From positions 1 to 58,241 of the forward strand of contig JAGWLB010000005.1 in the NCBI GenBank assembly GCA_028865035.1: a DNA stretch of 58,241 nucleotides, given 5' to 3'. Position 1 is the first letter of the stretch; each line of letters begins with the position of its first letter. The notes beneath the pieces are model-generated. The model was not told the origin of the DNA, searched no databases, and saw only the letters and a program-made list of their open reading frames with translations. This document shows, piece by piece, positions 38,161 through 46,697 of the stretch. The position numbers and the translations under genes were made by a program. Source of the stretch: Patescibacteria group bacterium (GTDB taxonomy: Bacteria > Patescibacteriota > Minisyncoccia > Phycocordibacterales > UBA9973).

Positions 38161-39048
38161 ATGCAAGAAAATACAGAAGAAATAAAGAAAGAAATAGAAA
38201 AATTAGAGAAAGGTATGGCAAGTGCAGATTTCTGGAACAACAAAGCCAAGGCTCAGGCAACTATCAAACAACTAAATTTACTTAAAGATCAGTTACTAGG
38301 GAACGAGAAGTACGATAAAGGCAATGCTATTATCTCTATTTTATCTGGAGCCGGAGGTGACGATGCTGAGGATTTTTCCTCGATGCTATTGAATATGTAT
38401 CTAAAGTATATAGCCAGAAGTGGTTGGACTTTTAACTTAATTCACGAGAATAAGAATAATCTAGGTGGCTATCGCAATGTCTCTATAGAAGTTATCGGCA
38501 AGAATGCTTACGGTAAACTCAAGAATGAATCTGGTGTCCATAGACTTGTACGCATATCTCCATTTAACGCAAAATCTCTTCGCCATACTTCTTTTTCTCT
38601 AGTAGAAGTTACCCCCAAGTTTGAGAAGAATGATAATGCTATAGAGATTCCACCTGAGGACATACGAATCGAGTTCTCCAAATCTGGTGGACCAGGTGGT
38701 CAGAATGTAAATAAGCGTGAGACAGCAGTTCGTATCGTACATCTGCCGACAAATATATCAGTTCATGTTACTACCGAGCGTTCCCAAGAACAAAATAGAG
38801 AAAAAGCCATAGAAATATTAAAAGGTAAACTTTTCAAACTTCGTGAAGAAGAGAATTTATCAACGAAAAATAATCTATCTATTTCAAAAACTACCGATAT
38901 AGAGTGGGGGAATCAAATACGTTCTTATGTCCTTCATCCATACAAGAAAATCAAAGACCACAGGACAGATGTAGAAGTAAATGATGTTGACGCAGTCCTA
39001 GAACGAGGTGAATTAGATATTTTTATTGAAGCGGAAGCGCATATATGA
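38161..39048 (+). CDS. prfB: peptide chain release factor 2, short form, single uninterrupted ORF
   Basis: SPF tripeptide (RISPFNA) and GGQ (SGGPGGQNVNK). Confidence 0.9.
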   Translation: MQENTEEIKKEIEKLEKGMASADFWNNKAKAQATIKQLNLLKDQLLGNEKYDKGNAIISILSGAGGDDAEDFSSMLLNMYLKYIARSGWTFNLIHENKNNLGGYRNVSIEVIGKNAYGKLKNESGVHRLVRISPFNAKSLRHTSFSLVEVTPKFEKNDNAIEIPPEDIRIEFSKSGGPGGQNVNKRETAVRIVHLPTNISVHVTTERSQEQNREKAIEILKGKLFKLREEENLSTKNNLSISKTTDIEWGNQIRSYVLHPYKKIKDHRTDVEVNDVDAVLERGELDIFIEAEAHI

Positions 39049-39066
39049 TATCCTTAATGATGTAGT

Positions 39067-39744
39067 ATGATCTATTTCAACAATGTTACAAAAAAATATG
39101 TAGATAATGTTTCTCTCGACAATGTTACTATCTCAGTATCAGCTGGAGAGTTCGTGTCCATCGTCGGTCACTCAGGTGCCGGTAAGACAACAATAACAAA
39201 ACTCATCTTGGCTGAGGAATTTCCGACAGAAGGAACTATATTCTTCGAATCAACAAACATAAATACACTTTCTAAACGCGAGTTAACAAACTTTCGTCGC
39301 AAAGTTGGAGTGGTTTTCCAGGATTTTAGACTTTTGTCGAATAAAACTGCTTACGAGAACATAGCTTTTGCTATGGAGGCACTAGGAAGGGATAATGAAC
39401 AGATAGAGATAGACGTGCCTCACGTGCTAGACCTAGTTGACCTTACTAACAGATCGTCTCATTTCCCACACCAGCTCTCAGGTGGTGAGAAACAGCGTTT
39501 AGCTATCGCTCGAGCTATTATTACTCAACCAGAACTTATCATTGCAGATGAGCCGACAGGCAACCTCGATCCGCTTAATGCTAAAGAAGTCATAAATATA
39601 CTAAAGAAATTAAATGATTTGGGGACAACAGTTATCCTCACTACACATAATCGTGATGTTATAGACCAAGTAGGCAAGAGGGTTATTACTCTTGAGAATG
39701 GCCGTGTAGTCCGAGATGATAAAGATGGTAAGTATGTGATATAA
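39067..39744 (+). CDS. ftsE: cell-division ABC ATPase FtsE
   Basis: Walker A GHSGAGKTT, signature LSGGEKQR, Walker B IIADEPTG. Confidence 0.85.
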   Translation: MIYFNNVTKKYVDNVSLDNVTISVSAGEFVSIVGHSGAGKTTITKLILAEEFPTEGTIFFESTNINTLSKRELTNFRRKVGVVFQDFRLLSNKTAYENIAFAMEALGRDNEQIEIDVPHVLDLVDLTNRSSHFPHQLSGGEKQRLAIARAIITQPELIIADEPTGNLDPLNAKEVINILKKLNDLGTTVILTTHNRDVIDQVGKRVITLENGRVVRDDKDGKYVI

Positions 39745-39751
39745 TAATTTT

Positions 39752-40675
39752 ATGTTTTTGATTAATACCAAAAGAGTTATAATTTCCGGGTATCGCAATT
39801 TTATGCGTAGCGGTTTCACCTCCTTAGCCTCTGTGCTTATGATGGTCATAACTCTCTCTGTTATTACTAGTCTTATTTTTGTTAAGACCACGCTTACAGC
39901 CACACTAAACGATGTCAGAGACAAAGTTGATATCAATGTCTATTTTATACCAGGTGCAGCAGAGTCTGATATTACAAATATTCAATCCGATATATCAAAG
40001 TTACCAGAAGTAAAAAGTGTTACTTATACTTCTGCTTCTGATGCTATGACTGCTTTTAAAGCAAAGCATGCCAATGACTACCTGACACTTCAAGCGTTTG
40101 ATGAACTTGGAAGTAATCCGCTCGGGGCCTCTTTAGATATTAAAGCCAAAGACCCTTCACAATATGAAGAAATATCAAAATATTTTGAAAACGATAATGC
40201 TGTGTCTCAAAATACATCAAATATTGTTGATAAGATAGATTACCATCAAAACAAAGTTATCATCGATAGACTTACCGCGATTATAAATGGAGCTCAGAAG
40301 CTGGGATTTGTCTTATCTCTTGTTCTTGTTCTTATCTCGATTATTATTACATTCAGTACTATTCGCTTGATTATCTATATGTCCCGTGAAGAGATCGGGG
40401 TTATGAGGTTAGTCGGAGCTAGTCCAAGGTACATACAAGGACCATTTGTGGTCTCTGGAGTGTTAGTTGGCGTAGCCGCTAGTCTTATTACTATACTTAT
40501 GTTTATACCTATATCTATATGGCTGGGTAATCAGATGACTGACTTTATAGGTATAAATATGTTTACTTATTTTAAAGATAATTTTATTCAATTATTTATT
40601 ATTATGCTTGGGTGTGGAGTCCTCATTGGAGGTATCTCTAGCTCTTTAGCCATCTCACGATATCTACGCAAATAA
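39752..40675 (+). CDS. ftsX: cell-division permease-like protein FtsX
   Basis: Position after ftsE, a large periplasmic loop, and four TM segments. Confidence 0.8.
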   Translation: MFLINTKRVIISGYRNFMRSGFTSLASVLMMVITLSVITSLIFVKTTLTATLNDVRDKVDINVYFIPGAAESDITNIQSDISKLPEVKSVTYTSASDAMTAFKAKHANDYLTLQAFDELGSNPLGASLDIKAKDPSQYEEISKYFENDNAVSQNTSNIVDKIDYHQNKVIIDRLTAIINGAQKLGFVLSLVLVLISIIITFSTIRLIIYMSREEIGVMRLVGASPRYIQGPFVVSGVLVGVAASLITILMFIPISIWLGNQMTDFIGINMFTYFKDNFIQLFIIMLGCGVLIGGISSSLAISRYLRK

Positions 40676-40678
40676 ACC

Positions 40679-42358
40679 ATGAAGACACAGAAGACTCCAG
40701 ATAAAAAGACTGAAACCTGTAAATATATTTTCGTCATCGGTGGTGTTATCTCTGGTGTGGGTAAAGGTGTCGCAGCTTCATCTATTGCTCGTATTCTACA
40801 AGACAGAGGTAAGACTGTCACAGCTCTGAAAATAGACCCTTATATAAATATTGACGCAGGTACGATGAACCCTACTGAGCACGGCGAAGTTTTTGTCCTC
40901 GATGATGGTTATGAATGCGATCAAGATATGGGTAACTATGAGCGTTTCTTGAATATTAATTTATCAAAAATAAATTATATGACTACCGGTGTTGTCTATC
41001 AGAGTGTGATAGATAAAGAACGCAACTTAGAATATGCTGGTAAGTGCGTCGAAGTAGTGCCTCATATTCCAATGGAAGTTATTCGTCGAATAGAGACAGC
41101 TCGTGATAACGCCAAAGCAAATGTAGTAGTTATAGAAATCGGTGGTACTGTCGGTGAGTATCAGAATATGCTTTTCCTAGAAGCTGCTCGTATGATGAAG
41201 ATAAAATATAATAGAGACGTATTCTTTGTTATGGTTTCTTACTTACCTATACCATCGAAAATCGGTGAGATGAAAACAAAGCCTACACAATATGCCGTCA
41301 GGACACTGAATGCTTCAGGTATCCAACCAGATATAATTATTGCTCGTAGTAAGCAGTCCATCGATGGTCCTCGTAAAGAAAAAATATCAATGTTCTGCAA
41401 TATTCCTACTGATCGAGTTATCTCTGCTCCCGATGTAGAGAGTATTTACGATATTCCTATTAACTTCGAAAAGGAAGGGCTAGGGGATATGATTTGCGAT
41501 GTTGTAGATATGACTTGTGGTCCTGCATTTGGTAAAAGTGCTAAAGAGTGGCAGAAGTTTGCTGGCTCGACTCACTCTCCAAAAGAAGAAGTTCATATCG
41601 CTATCATTGGTAAATATTTTAATACAGGTGACTTCACTTTATCTGATTCATACTTATCTGTTATCGAAGCTATTAAGTACTCAGCGTATGCACTTCACAG
41701 AAAGCCGGTAATTACTTGGCTTTCGTCTGTTGATTTTGAGAAGGATCCGAAGAAAATAAAATCTTTATCTAAATATGATGGCATCCTTGTTCCTGGTGGC
41801 TTTGGTTCAAGAGGGATAGAAGGAAAGATTAAAGCTATCGAGTATGCTCGTAAGAATAATATTCCATACTTTGGTTTATGCTATGGTATGCAGCTTATGG
41901 TGGTAGAGTACGCACGCAATGTCCTTGGCTTGAAAGATGCAAATACTCGCGAGATAAATCCTAAATCAAAAAATCTTATCATCGATGTGATGGAAGATCA
42001 GAAAGATAAGATTAAAAATAAGAAGCTAGGAGGTACAATGAGGCTAGGAGCTTACCCTGCTACACTGCTAAAAGATAGCGTAGCAGCAAATGCCTACAGA
42101 GCAAAGAATATTTCTGAGCGTCATCGACATCGCTATGAAGTCAATAATGCTTACAGGGAAGATTTAGAGAAAGCAGGTCTAGTGTTCTCTGGAGTCTCAC
42201 CCGATGGACACTTAGCTGAGATTGCTGAACTGCCGAATTCCAAACATCCATTCTTCTTAGGTACACAATTCCACCCAGAGTTCAAAGCAAGACCTCTGTC
42301 GCCACATCCTCTTTTCTCTGCTTTTGTGAAAGCATGTATAAAATCTAATAAAAAATAA
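40679..42358 (+). CDS. pyrG: CTP synthase
   Basis: KYIFVIGGVISGVGKG, GTMNPTEHGEVFV, and glutaminase domain GLCYGMQ...HRHRYEVN. Confidence 0.95.
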   Translation: MKTQKTPDKKTETCKYIFVIGGVISGVGKGVAASSIARILQDRGKTVTALKIDPYINIDAGTMNPTEHGEVFVLDDGYECDQDMGNYERFLNINLSKINYMTTGVVYQSVIDKERNLEYAGKCVEVVPHIPMEVIRRIETARDNAKANVVVIEIGGTVGEYQNMLFLEAARMMKIKYNRDVFFVMVSYLPIPSKIGEMKTKPTQYAVRTLNASGIQPDIIIARSKQSIDGPRKEKISMFCNIPTDRVISAPDVESIYDIPINFEKEGLGDMICDVVDMTCGPAFGKSAKEWQKFAGSTHSPKEEVHIAIIGKYFNTGDFTLSDSYLSVIEAIKYSAYALHRKPVITWLSSVDFEKDPKKIKSLSKYDGILVPGGFGSRGIEGKIKAIEYARKNNIPYFGLCYGMQLMVVEYARNVLGLKDANTREINPKSKNLIIDVMEDQKDKIKNKKLGGTMRLGAYPATLLKDSVAANAYRAKNISERHRHRYEVNNAYREDLEKAGLVFSGVSPDGHLAEIAELPNSKHPFFLGTQFHPEFKARPLSPHPLFSAFVKACIKSNKK

Positions 42359-42376
42359 CTCCCATCGCTGGGAGTT
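42357..42376. terminator. bidirectional hairpin between pyrG and the convergent LOG-family gene
   Basis: AACTCCCA-tcgc-TGGGAGTT, flanked by A and T runs. Confidence 0.6.
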
Positions 42377-42389
42377 ATTTTTTATTTTA

Positions 42390-43121
42390 CTATTTTAGTG
42401 CATCTTCTCCGTCTCGGAGTCTACTGTCGGCGATAATTCTTAGTATTTCATCTTCATCATCTGTGATAGTGTATAAATTCAGATCTTCAATGTTCACAGT
42501 ATGATACTTTTCTACTAAAACTTCTTTTATAATTTTCTCTATTGGATTCCAGAAATCTGATCCGAAAAGAATAACAGGGATTTTGCCTATCTTGCCGGTC
42601 TGCTGTAATGTCAGCATTTCGAAAAGTTCATCGAAAGTACCAAAACCACCAGGACAGAAGATACAAACTTCTGTAGTGTAAGACATAGATACTTGTCTAG
42701 CGAAGAAGAAGTAGAAAGGTATTACTTCTGTCACGTATTCATTCGTCTTTTGTTCGTGGGGGAGGCGAATTGTCAAACCGACAGATTTACCGCCTGCCTC
42801 ATAGGCTCCACGGCTAGCAGCCTCCATAATGCCTCCACCTCCTCCAGAGAGGATAATATAGCCTAATTCCTTTGATATGCGGTGAGCAAGCGAACGAGCC
42901 TGCTCATAGGCAGGATTGCCTTCCTTTAACCTAGCTGAGCCATAGAAAGTCACTGACGGAGTGAATTCACTAATAGTGTCTATTCCTTGGCGGAATTCCT
43001 CTTCCATCATACATAACTTCGTCTCTTCTTCGTTTTCACCGTAGAGAGTGACACAGCCACTTTTAATATCATCAATTGTTAAATGTTTTGGTCTGTACTT
43101 TATAGTGTCTGTTTTTTCCAT
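42390..43121 (-). CDS. LOG-family (TIGR00730-type) Rossmann-fold nucleotide-binding protein
   Basis: GGGGGIMEAASRGA and PGGFGTFDELFE motifs. The ATG at 43121 is preferred. Confidence 0.8.
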   Translation of the reverse strand: MEKTDTIKYRPKHLTIDDIKSGCVTLYGENEEETKLCMMEEEFRQGIDTISEFTPSVTFYGSARLKEGNPAYEQARSLAHRISKELGYIILSGGGGGIMEAASRGAYEAGGKSVGLTIRLPHEQKTNEYVTEVIPFYFFFARQVSMSYTTEVCIFCPGGFGTFDELFEMLTLQQTGKIGKIPVILFGSDFWNPIEKIIKEVLVEKYHTVNIEDLNLYTITDDEDEILRIIADSRLRDGEDALK

Positions 43122-43236
43122 ATAAATGTAATTGTACCTCAGCACGAGCCTATTTTCAATTGTTTTTCTTGGGTTTTGTGGTAATATATCGAAGTTAGAG
43201 TATATTGCCGACTCAAAGTGAAATAAAATAGTATAT

Positions 43237-43307
43237 TGCCAGATCGTCTAATGGTAGGACACCTCCCTCTGGAGGAGGTTATCTTGGTTCGAGTCCAGGT
43301 CTGGCAG
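43237..43307 (+). tRNA. tRNA-Gln(CTG)
   Basis: TGCCAGA-TC-GTCT-AATGGTA-GGAC-A-CCTCC-CTCTGGA-GGAGG-TTAT-CTTGG-TTCGAGT-CCAGG-TCTGGCA-G. Confidence 0.9.
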
Positions 43308-43329
43308 CAGGTAGCGTAGCGTAGGAAGC

Positions 43330-43474
43330 TGCCAGAAGTATGTGGGAGTACCCGCATACGCCCTGGACGAGAAAACCCTGAGTATATCGCACGGAGTGTA
43401 GCGAGTACGATACGAAAGGTGTACAGAATCTGTAAGATTCGAGAAGCGTACTCGCGGTCCAGGTCTGGCAGCCA
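43330..43474 (+). ncRNA. G+C-rich tRNA-like element (or decayed tandem tRNA-Gln copy) with perfect acceptor and T stems and an encoded CCA
   Basis: TGCCAGA ... hairpin 43338-43359 ... CCTGG ... stem 43401-43409/43447-43455 ... CCAGG-TCTGGCA-G-CCA. Confidence 0.35.
43457..43472 (+). repeat. exact 16-nt repeat of the tRNA-Gln 3' end (GTCCAGGTCTGGCAGC; first copy 43293-43308)
   Basis: Direct comparison. Confidence 0.85.
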
Positions 43475-43516
43475 GCACGAGCGAGGTTATTACGCTCGAG
43501 TCTAAATAAAAACTAT

Positions 43517-44770
43517 ATGAAAAAAAAGGATTTAGCGGAAAAATTAAAATTAATTAGAAGTCTTAAAAAGGAAGATGGATTTGATAATGATAAAGAAATA
43601 GAAGAAATCATTATCCCTTTGATTAAGGAGTTATTCGAAGAAAAAAAATATAAAGACATTGTAGAAATTTTTTTGAAGACTCTTAGTGCAGAAGATCCTG
43701 GTTATTATGAGTTTGAGACAGCATATTCTTTTGACAATTTAGGGAAACAAGATGAGGCCGAGGAAATATATGATTCTTTGCTTTTTTTTGACGGTGGCAA
43801 CACCAGCGTTCTTAATAATCTTTCTAATATAAAGAAAAATAAAGGTGAAATGAATGAGGCATGGGATTTAATTAAAAAAGCATTTGAGCTTACTAAAGGG
43901 AAAGATGAAGTTGTAAAAAGAAATTATAACTCTTTATTAAAAATTGTTGAAGAACAAAAACAAATTGATTATCTTTTTGAATCAGCTAAAAATTCTTTAG
44001 AAAAAGAAACAAAATGGGCTATATCTAAATTAGAATATTTTTTGATAAACGTTCTCAAAGATTCAGAATACAAAGACGGACAAATCCCTATAGCTCGATG
44101 GAAATTTAAGGTAATGATGGGTGTGGATGAAGAAAAAGCTTCTTCCTTGCGTGATCAGTGGATAAACAAAGGTTATATAAAAGTACTAGAAAAAAGAAAC
44201 GAACATGGAGTACAATTTTACAAAATAAATCCCAAATTATCATCATTTATAAAACAAGTTAAACCCGTAGATTTAAATAATGAATGGTTTAAGGGTATAG
44301 ATAATGTAAATCGAGAGTCTTTAGAAAAGTGTGGATATTTTAATCTGCTTAAAAAAATTGAACATGTAAGCGTTAAATATAAAAGTTTAGTAAAAAGAGA
44401 TTATGATGAATTGGTATTTAATTATCTTCTGGGAAATAAAAAGTCAACAATTATTAACTCTGGTTCTTTCTTGGAGTTATTATTTACATATTTTTGTGAA
44501 AAGAAGAAAATCTTATCAATCAGCTATACAATTAATAATAAGATAGTTAATAAAAAATTGCATGAGTCTAATCTAAATGATTTTCTAAGTTATTTCGAGG
44601 AGAAACAAACATTTAAAACTATTATTGTATCTCTTGGAGAAGTAACTCGGATTTATAGAAATTTTATTCATCCGGGTAATGAAATAAGAAATAAGGAAAA
44701 GTTAGATATGCAAAAAGCTGAATTGTGTTTCTTCTCGGTTAATCAAATAGCAAACTATTTGCTCAAATAG
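43517..44770 (+). CDS. TPR-repeat / winged-helix-like protein with possible C-terminal HEPN-like domain
   Basis: TPR-like N-terminal repeats. The C-terminal segment is TRIYRNFIHPGNE (R..RN..H). Confidence 0.45.
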   Translation: MKKKDLAEKLKLIRSLKKEDGFDNDKEIEEIIIPLIKELFEEKKYKDIVEIFLKTLSAEDPGYYEFETAYSFDNLGKQDEAEEIYDSLLFFDGGNTSVLNNLSNIKKNKGEMNEAWDLIKKAFELTKGKDEVVKRNYNSLLKIVEEQKQIDYLFESAKNSLEKETKWAISKLEYFLINVLKDSEYKDGQIPIARWKFKVMMGVDEEKASSLRDQWINKGYIKVLEKRNEHGVQFYKINPKLSSFIKQVKPVDLNNEWFKGIDNVNRESLEKCGYFNLLKKIEHVSVKYKSLVKRDYDELVFNYLLGNKKSTIINSGSFLELLFTYFCEKKKILSISYTINNKIVNKKLHESNLNDFLSYFEEKQTFKTIIVSLGEVTRIYRNFIHPGNEIRNKEKLDMQKAELCFFSVNQIANYLLK

Positions 44771-44794
44771 TTTTTGTAAAGTCCTTATTAAAAA

Positions 44795-44821
44795 GAAAAT
44801 AGTCCATTTAGGACTATTTTC
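44795..44821 (+). terminator. rho-independent terminator
   Basis: GAAAATAGTCC-attta-GGACTATTTTC. Confidence 0.6.
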
Positions 44822-45129
44822 TTTCAACCGTTTTCACTTAAAATGCTCTATTTTCAAGCAAGGTACCTCCCGTCTTACGCCACAACTCTTTCGCCATTTC
44901 TCTTCCCCCATCGGATTCCGATGCAGGTATGCCGCTGGAGAGGGTTTTATTTTGGGTTGATATAAATATCATAGCATAGAAGAAAAATTGCCAAAGCAAA
45001 AAGTACATAAAACTGTTATTAAAATGGAGATAAAATAGATAATTTCAAACCCTGTATAATATTATCAATAACGATATAAAATATTTTTAAGTGCTCGAGA
45101 CACGTCGTTTTGGTAAATAAAAGAGTTAA

Positions 45130-45150
45130 AAATAACATTGTGGGGTAAGG
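45130..45150 (+). repeat. spacer motif GTGGGGTAAGGAACCAGTTGG (related copy at 46481-46532)
   Basis: GTGGG(G)TAAGGAA and CCAGTTGG are shared. The second copy carries a 32-nt insertion between the two halves. Confidence 0.4.
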
Positions 45151-45205
45151 AACCAGTTGGTCCTAGCCCGAGCGTCTCAGCAACTACTTTTTGTGTTTGG
45201 TTTGG

Positions 45206-45211
45206 TATAAT
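45206..45211 (+). promoter_or_regulatory. -10 box TATAAT, 6 nt upstream of the ATG at 45218
   Basis: Read directly. Confidence 0.45.
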
Positions 45212-45217
45212 AAAAAA

Positions 45218-45658
45218 ATGGAAATTAAATTAAAAGAAATCGGAAATGAATTTAAATGTCCAATAGCTATTATAATGAAAGATGGGAAAATATTAACTGG
45301 ACATCGTCATTATACGCCAGACAAATGGAAAAAAATTTCAGTGTGGACAGTTCCTGGTGGTAGGTGTAATTCTGGTGAAATAATACGAGATGCTCTTACC
45401 AGAGAGATTCAAGAAGAAGTCGGAATTACTGAATTTGAAATCATTGATTTTATTGGAGAAGTACCAGGCGCAAAAGATGGAGATATTGTTCCAATGTTTT
45501 TTTGTACAACAGAACAAGATTTTAAACTTATGGAACCAGAAAAATTCTCTGAATGGAGGTGGGTTTCAAAGGATGAATATATAGCAGGAGGAGAGTATAG
45601 TGGCTTTAATCCAATAGCAAGAGAAGTAATAGTTGATTATCTTAAAAAGTTAATTTAA
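45218..45658 (+). CDS. NUDIX hydrolase
   Basis: Nudix box GGRCNSGEIIRDALTREIQEEVGI. Confidence 0.85.
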   Translation: MEIKLKEIGNEFKCPIAIIMKDGKILTGHRHYTPDKWKKISVWTVPGGRCNSGEIIRDALTREIQEEVGITEFEIIDFIGEVPGAKDGDIVPMFFCTTEQDFKLMEPEKFSEWRWVSKDEYIAGGEYSGFNPIAREVIVDYLKKLI

Positions 45659-45679
45659 CTATTAAATTATAATAAATAA

Positions 45680-45710
45680 GTTCCAAAGTTGCCCTAGGTC
45701 GCTAGCCAGC
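45680..45710 (+). repeat. cassette-boundary motif GTTCCAAAGTTGCCCTAGGTCGCTAGCCAGC
   Basis: Aligns with 47245-47271 and 48267-48293, and with the tRNA-Gln 3' end. Confidence 0.55.
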
Positions 45711-45719
45711 AAAATTTGC

Positions 45720-45725
45720 TATAAT
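45720..45725 (+). promoter_or_regulatory. -10 box TATAAT, 6 nt upstream of the ATG at 45732
   Basis: Read directly. Confidence 0.45.
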
Positions 45726-45731
45726 AAAAAA

Positions 45732-46148
45732 ATGGAACAAATACCAAAATCAAATAATCAATCTAATTCAGAATCAAAAATTGTAAGTTTTGAAGCAAAT
45801 ATAGATCGTGCTCTTTATAATAATATTAAAAATGAAACGAGAAATGATTTAAAAAATTCACTTAAAAAATTAAAAGAAGAACTAGAATTGCTCGAAGAGG
45901 AAAAAAGATCAAAGAAAAATTACACAAAAAATGTCAGTTCAAATAAAACAGAATACTCTGAAAATGAAATTGAACATTTTAATGAACGAATTTCAGAAAT
46001 AGAGCAATCAATAAAAGACATTCACGGCTATATGACTGAACTTGATTTAGATTCAATAATGATTGATGATACACTTGAGGAGATTAAATATCTTGAAAAT
46101 AAATATAGAAAAATTTTGTTTAATATAGATAAATCGCAGTTAAATTAA
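45732..46148 (+). CDS. coiled-coil hypothetical protein
   Basis: Lys/Glu-rich heptad-like sequence. Confidence 0.45.
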   Translation: MEQIPKSNNQSNSESKIVSFEANIDRALYNNIKNETRNDLKNSLKKLKEELELLEEEKRSKKNYTKNVSSNKTEYSENEIEHFNERISEIEQSIKDIHGYMTELDLDSIMIDDTLEEIKYLENKYRKILFNIDKSQLN

Positions 46149-46149
46149 A

Positions 46150-46476
46150 ATGAAAACACTAAAATTTACTGCGCAACTTGTAGATAAAATACTTTCAGGT
46201 GATAAGACTTCTACATGGAGATTGTTTGATGACAAGGATTTGAAAAATGGAGATGAGCTTATATTTATAAATAAAGATACCGGTAATCAATTTGGAACTG
46301 CCAAGATTACCTCACTAAAAGTTAAGACACTAGGTACTCTAGCAGATGAGGATTGGGTAGGACATGAAAAGTTTTCCTCAGAGGAAGAAATGTATGAAAC
46401 CTATAAAAGATATTATGGTGATATGGTAAATAAAGATTCTGAAGTTAAAATTTTAACCTTTAATTTTAAAAAATAA
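46150..46476 (+). CDS. ASCH domain protein
   Basis: LKFTAQLVDKILSGDKTSTWRLFDDKDLKNGDELIF...AKITSL pattern, typical of ASCH/PUA-like folds. Confidence 0.75.
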   Translation: MKTLKFTAQLVDKILSGDKTSTWRLFDDKDLKNGDELIFINKDTGNQFGTAKITSLKVKTLGTLADEDWVGHEKFSSEEEMYETYKRYYGDMVNKDSEVKILTFNFKK

Positions 46477-46480
46477 CATC

Positions 46481-46532
46481 GTGGGTAAGGAATTAAAAGC
46501 TTTAATCAGATTAACGAAAAGCCTCCAGTTGG
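46481..46532 (+). repeat. second copy of the GTGGGTAAGGAA...CCAGTTGG spacer motif
   Basis: See 45130-45150. Contains the hairpin GCCTCC-agtt-GGAGGC. Confidence 0.4.
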
Positions 46533-46685
46533 AGGCCTGTATTAGGTAATCAATTCTATAGATCAAGCCTAACCTATTGGTAAAAGTTAAGGATGTCCAG
46601 CCTCGTAAAAGAGGTTGTTTGCAATAGTGGTTTTTGATGATAGAAAACAATCATATTCCTTATTATTATATCATATAATATTTGA

Positions 46686-46691
46686 TATAAT
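46686..46691 (+). promoter_or_regulatory. -10 box TATAAT, 6 nt upstream of the ATG at 46698
   Basis: Read directly. Confidence 0.45.
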
Positions 46692-46697
46692 TAAAAA

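Noticed and set aside
38100-38240. Programmed +1 frameshift site in prfB
   Set aside because: The ORF is uninterrupted from its ATG, and the upstream 23 nt are promoter sequence. No CTT TGA C context is present.
43293-43472. Group I intron or other intervening sequence splitting tRNA-Gln between the duplicated 3' ends
   Set aside because: The upstream tRNA copy is already complete and folds canonically. The ~150-nt insert is shorter than known group I introns and lies outside the anticodon loop, where bacterial tRNA introns reside. It is kept only as a minor alternative, testable by RNA-seq.
43330-43474. tmRNA
   Set aside because: It is far too short, has no G:U pair at position 3:70 of the acceptor stem, and has no tag-peptide reading frame or pseudoknots.
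43139-43478. Two minus-strand ORFs (43139-43357 and 43248-43478)
   Set aside because: They run antisense through tRNA-Gln and the tRNA-like element. They are Arg/Ser/Pro-rich translations typical of non-coding G+C-rich RNA sequence.
46453-46650. 65-aa minus-strand ORF in the spacer after the ASCH gene
   Set aside because: It lies in a repeat- and hairpin-containing spacer and has no promoter or start context like the other genes. It is more likely non-coding.
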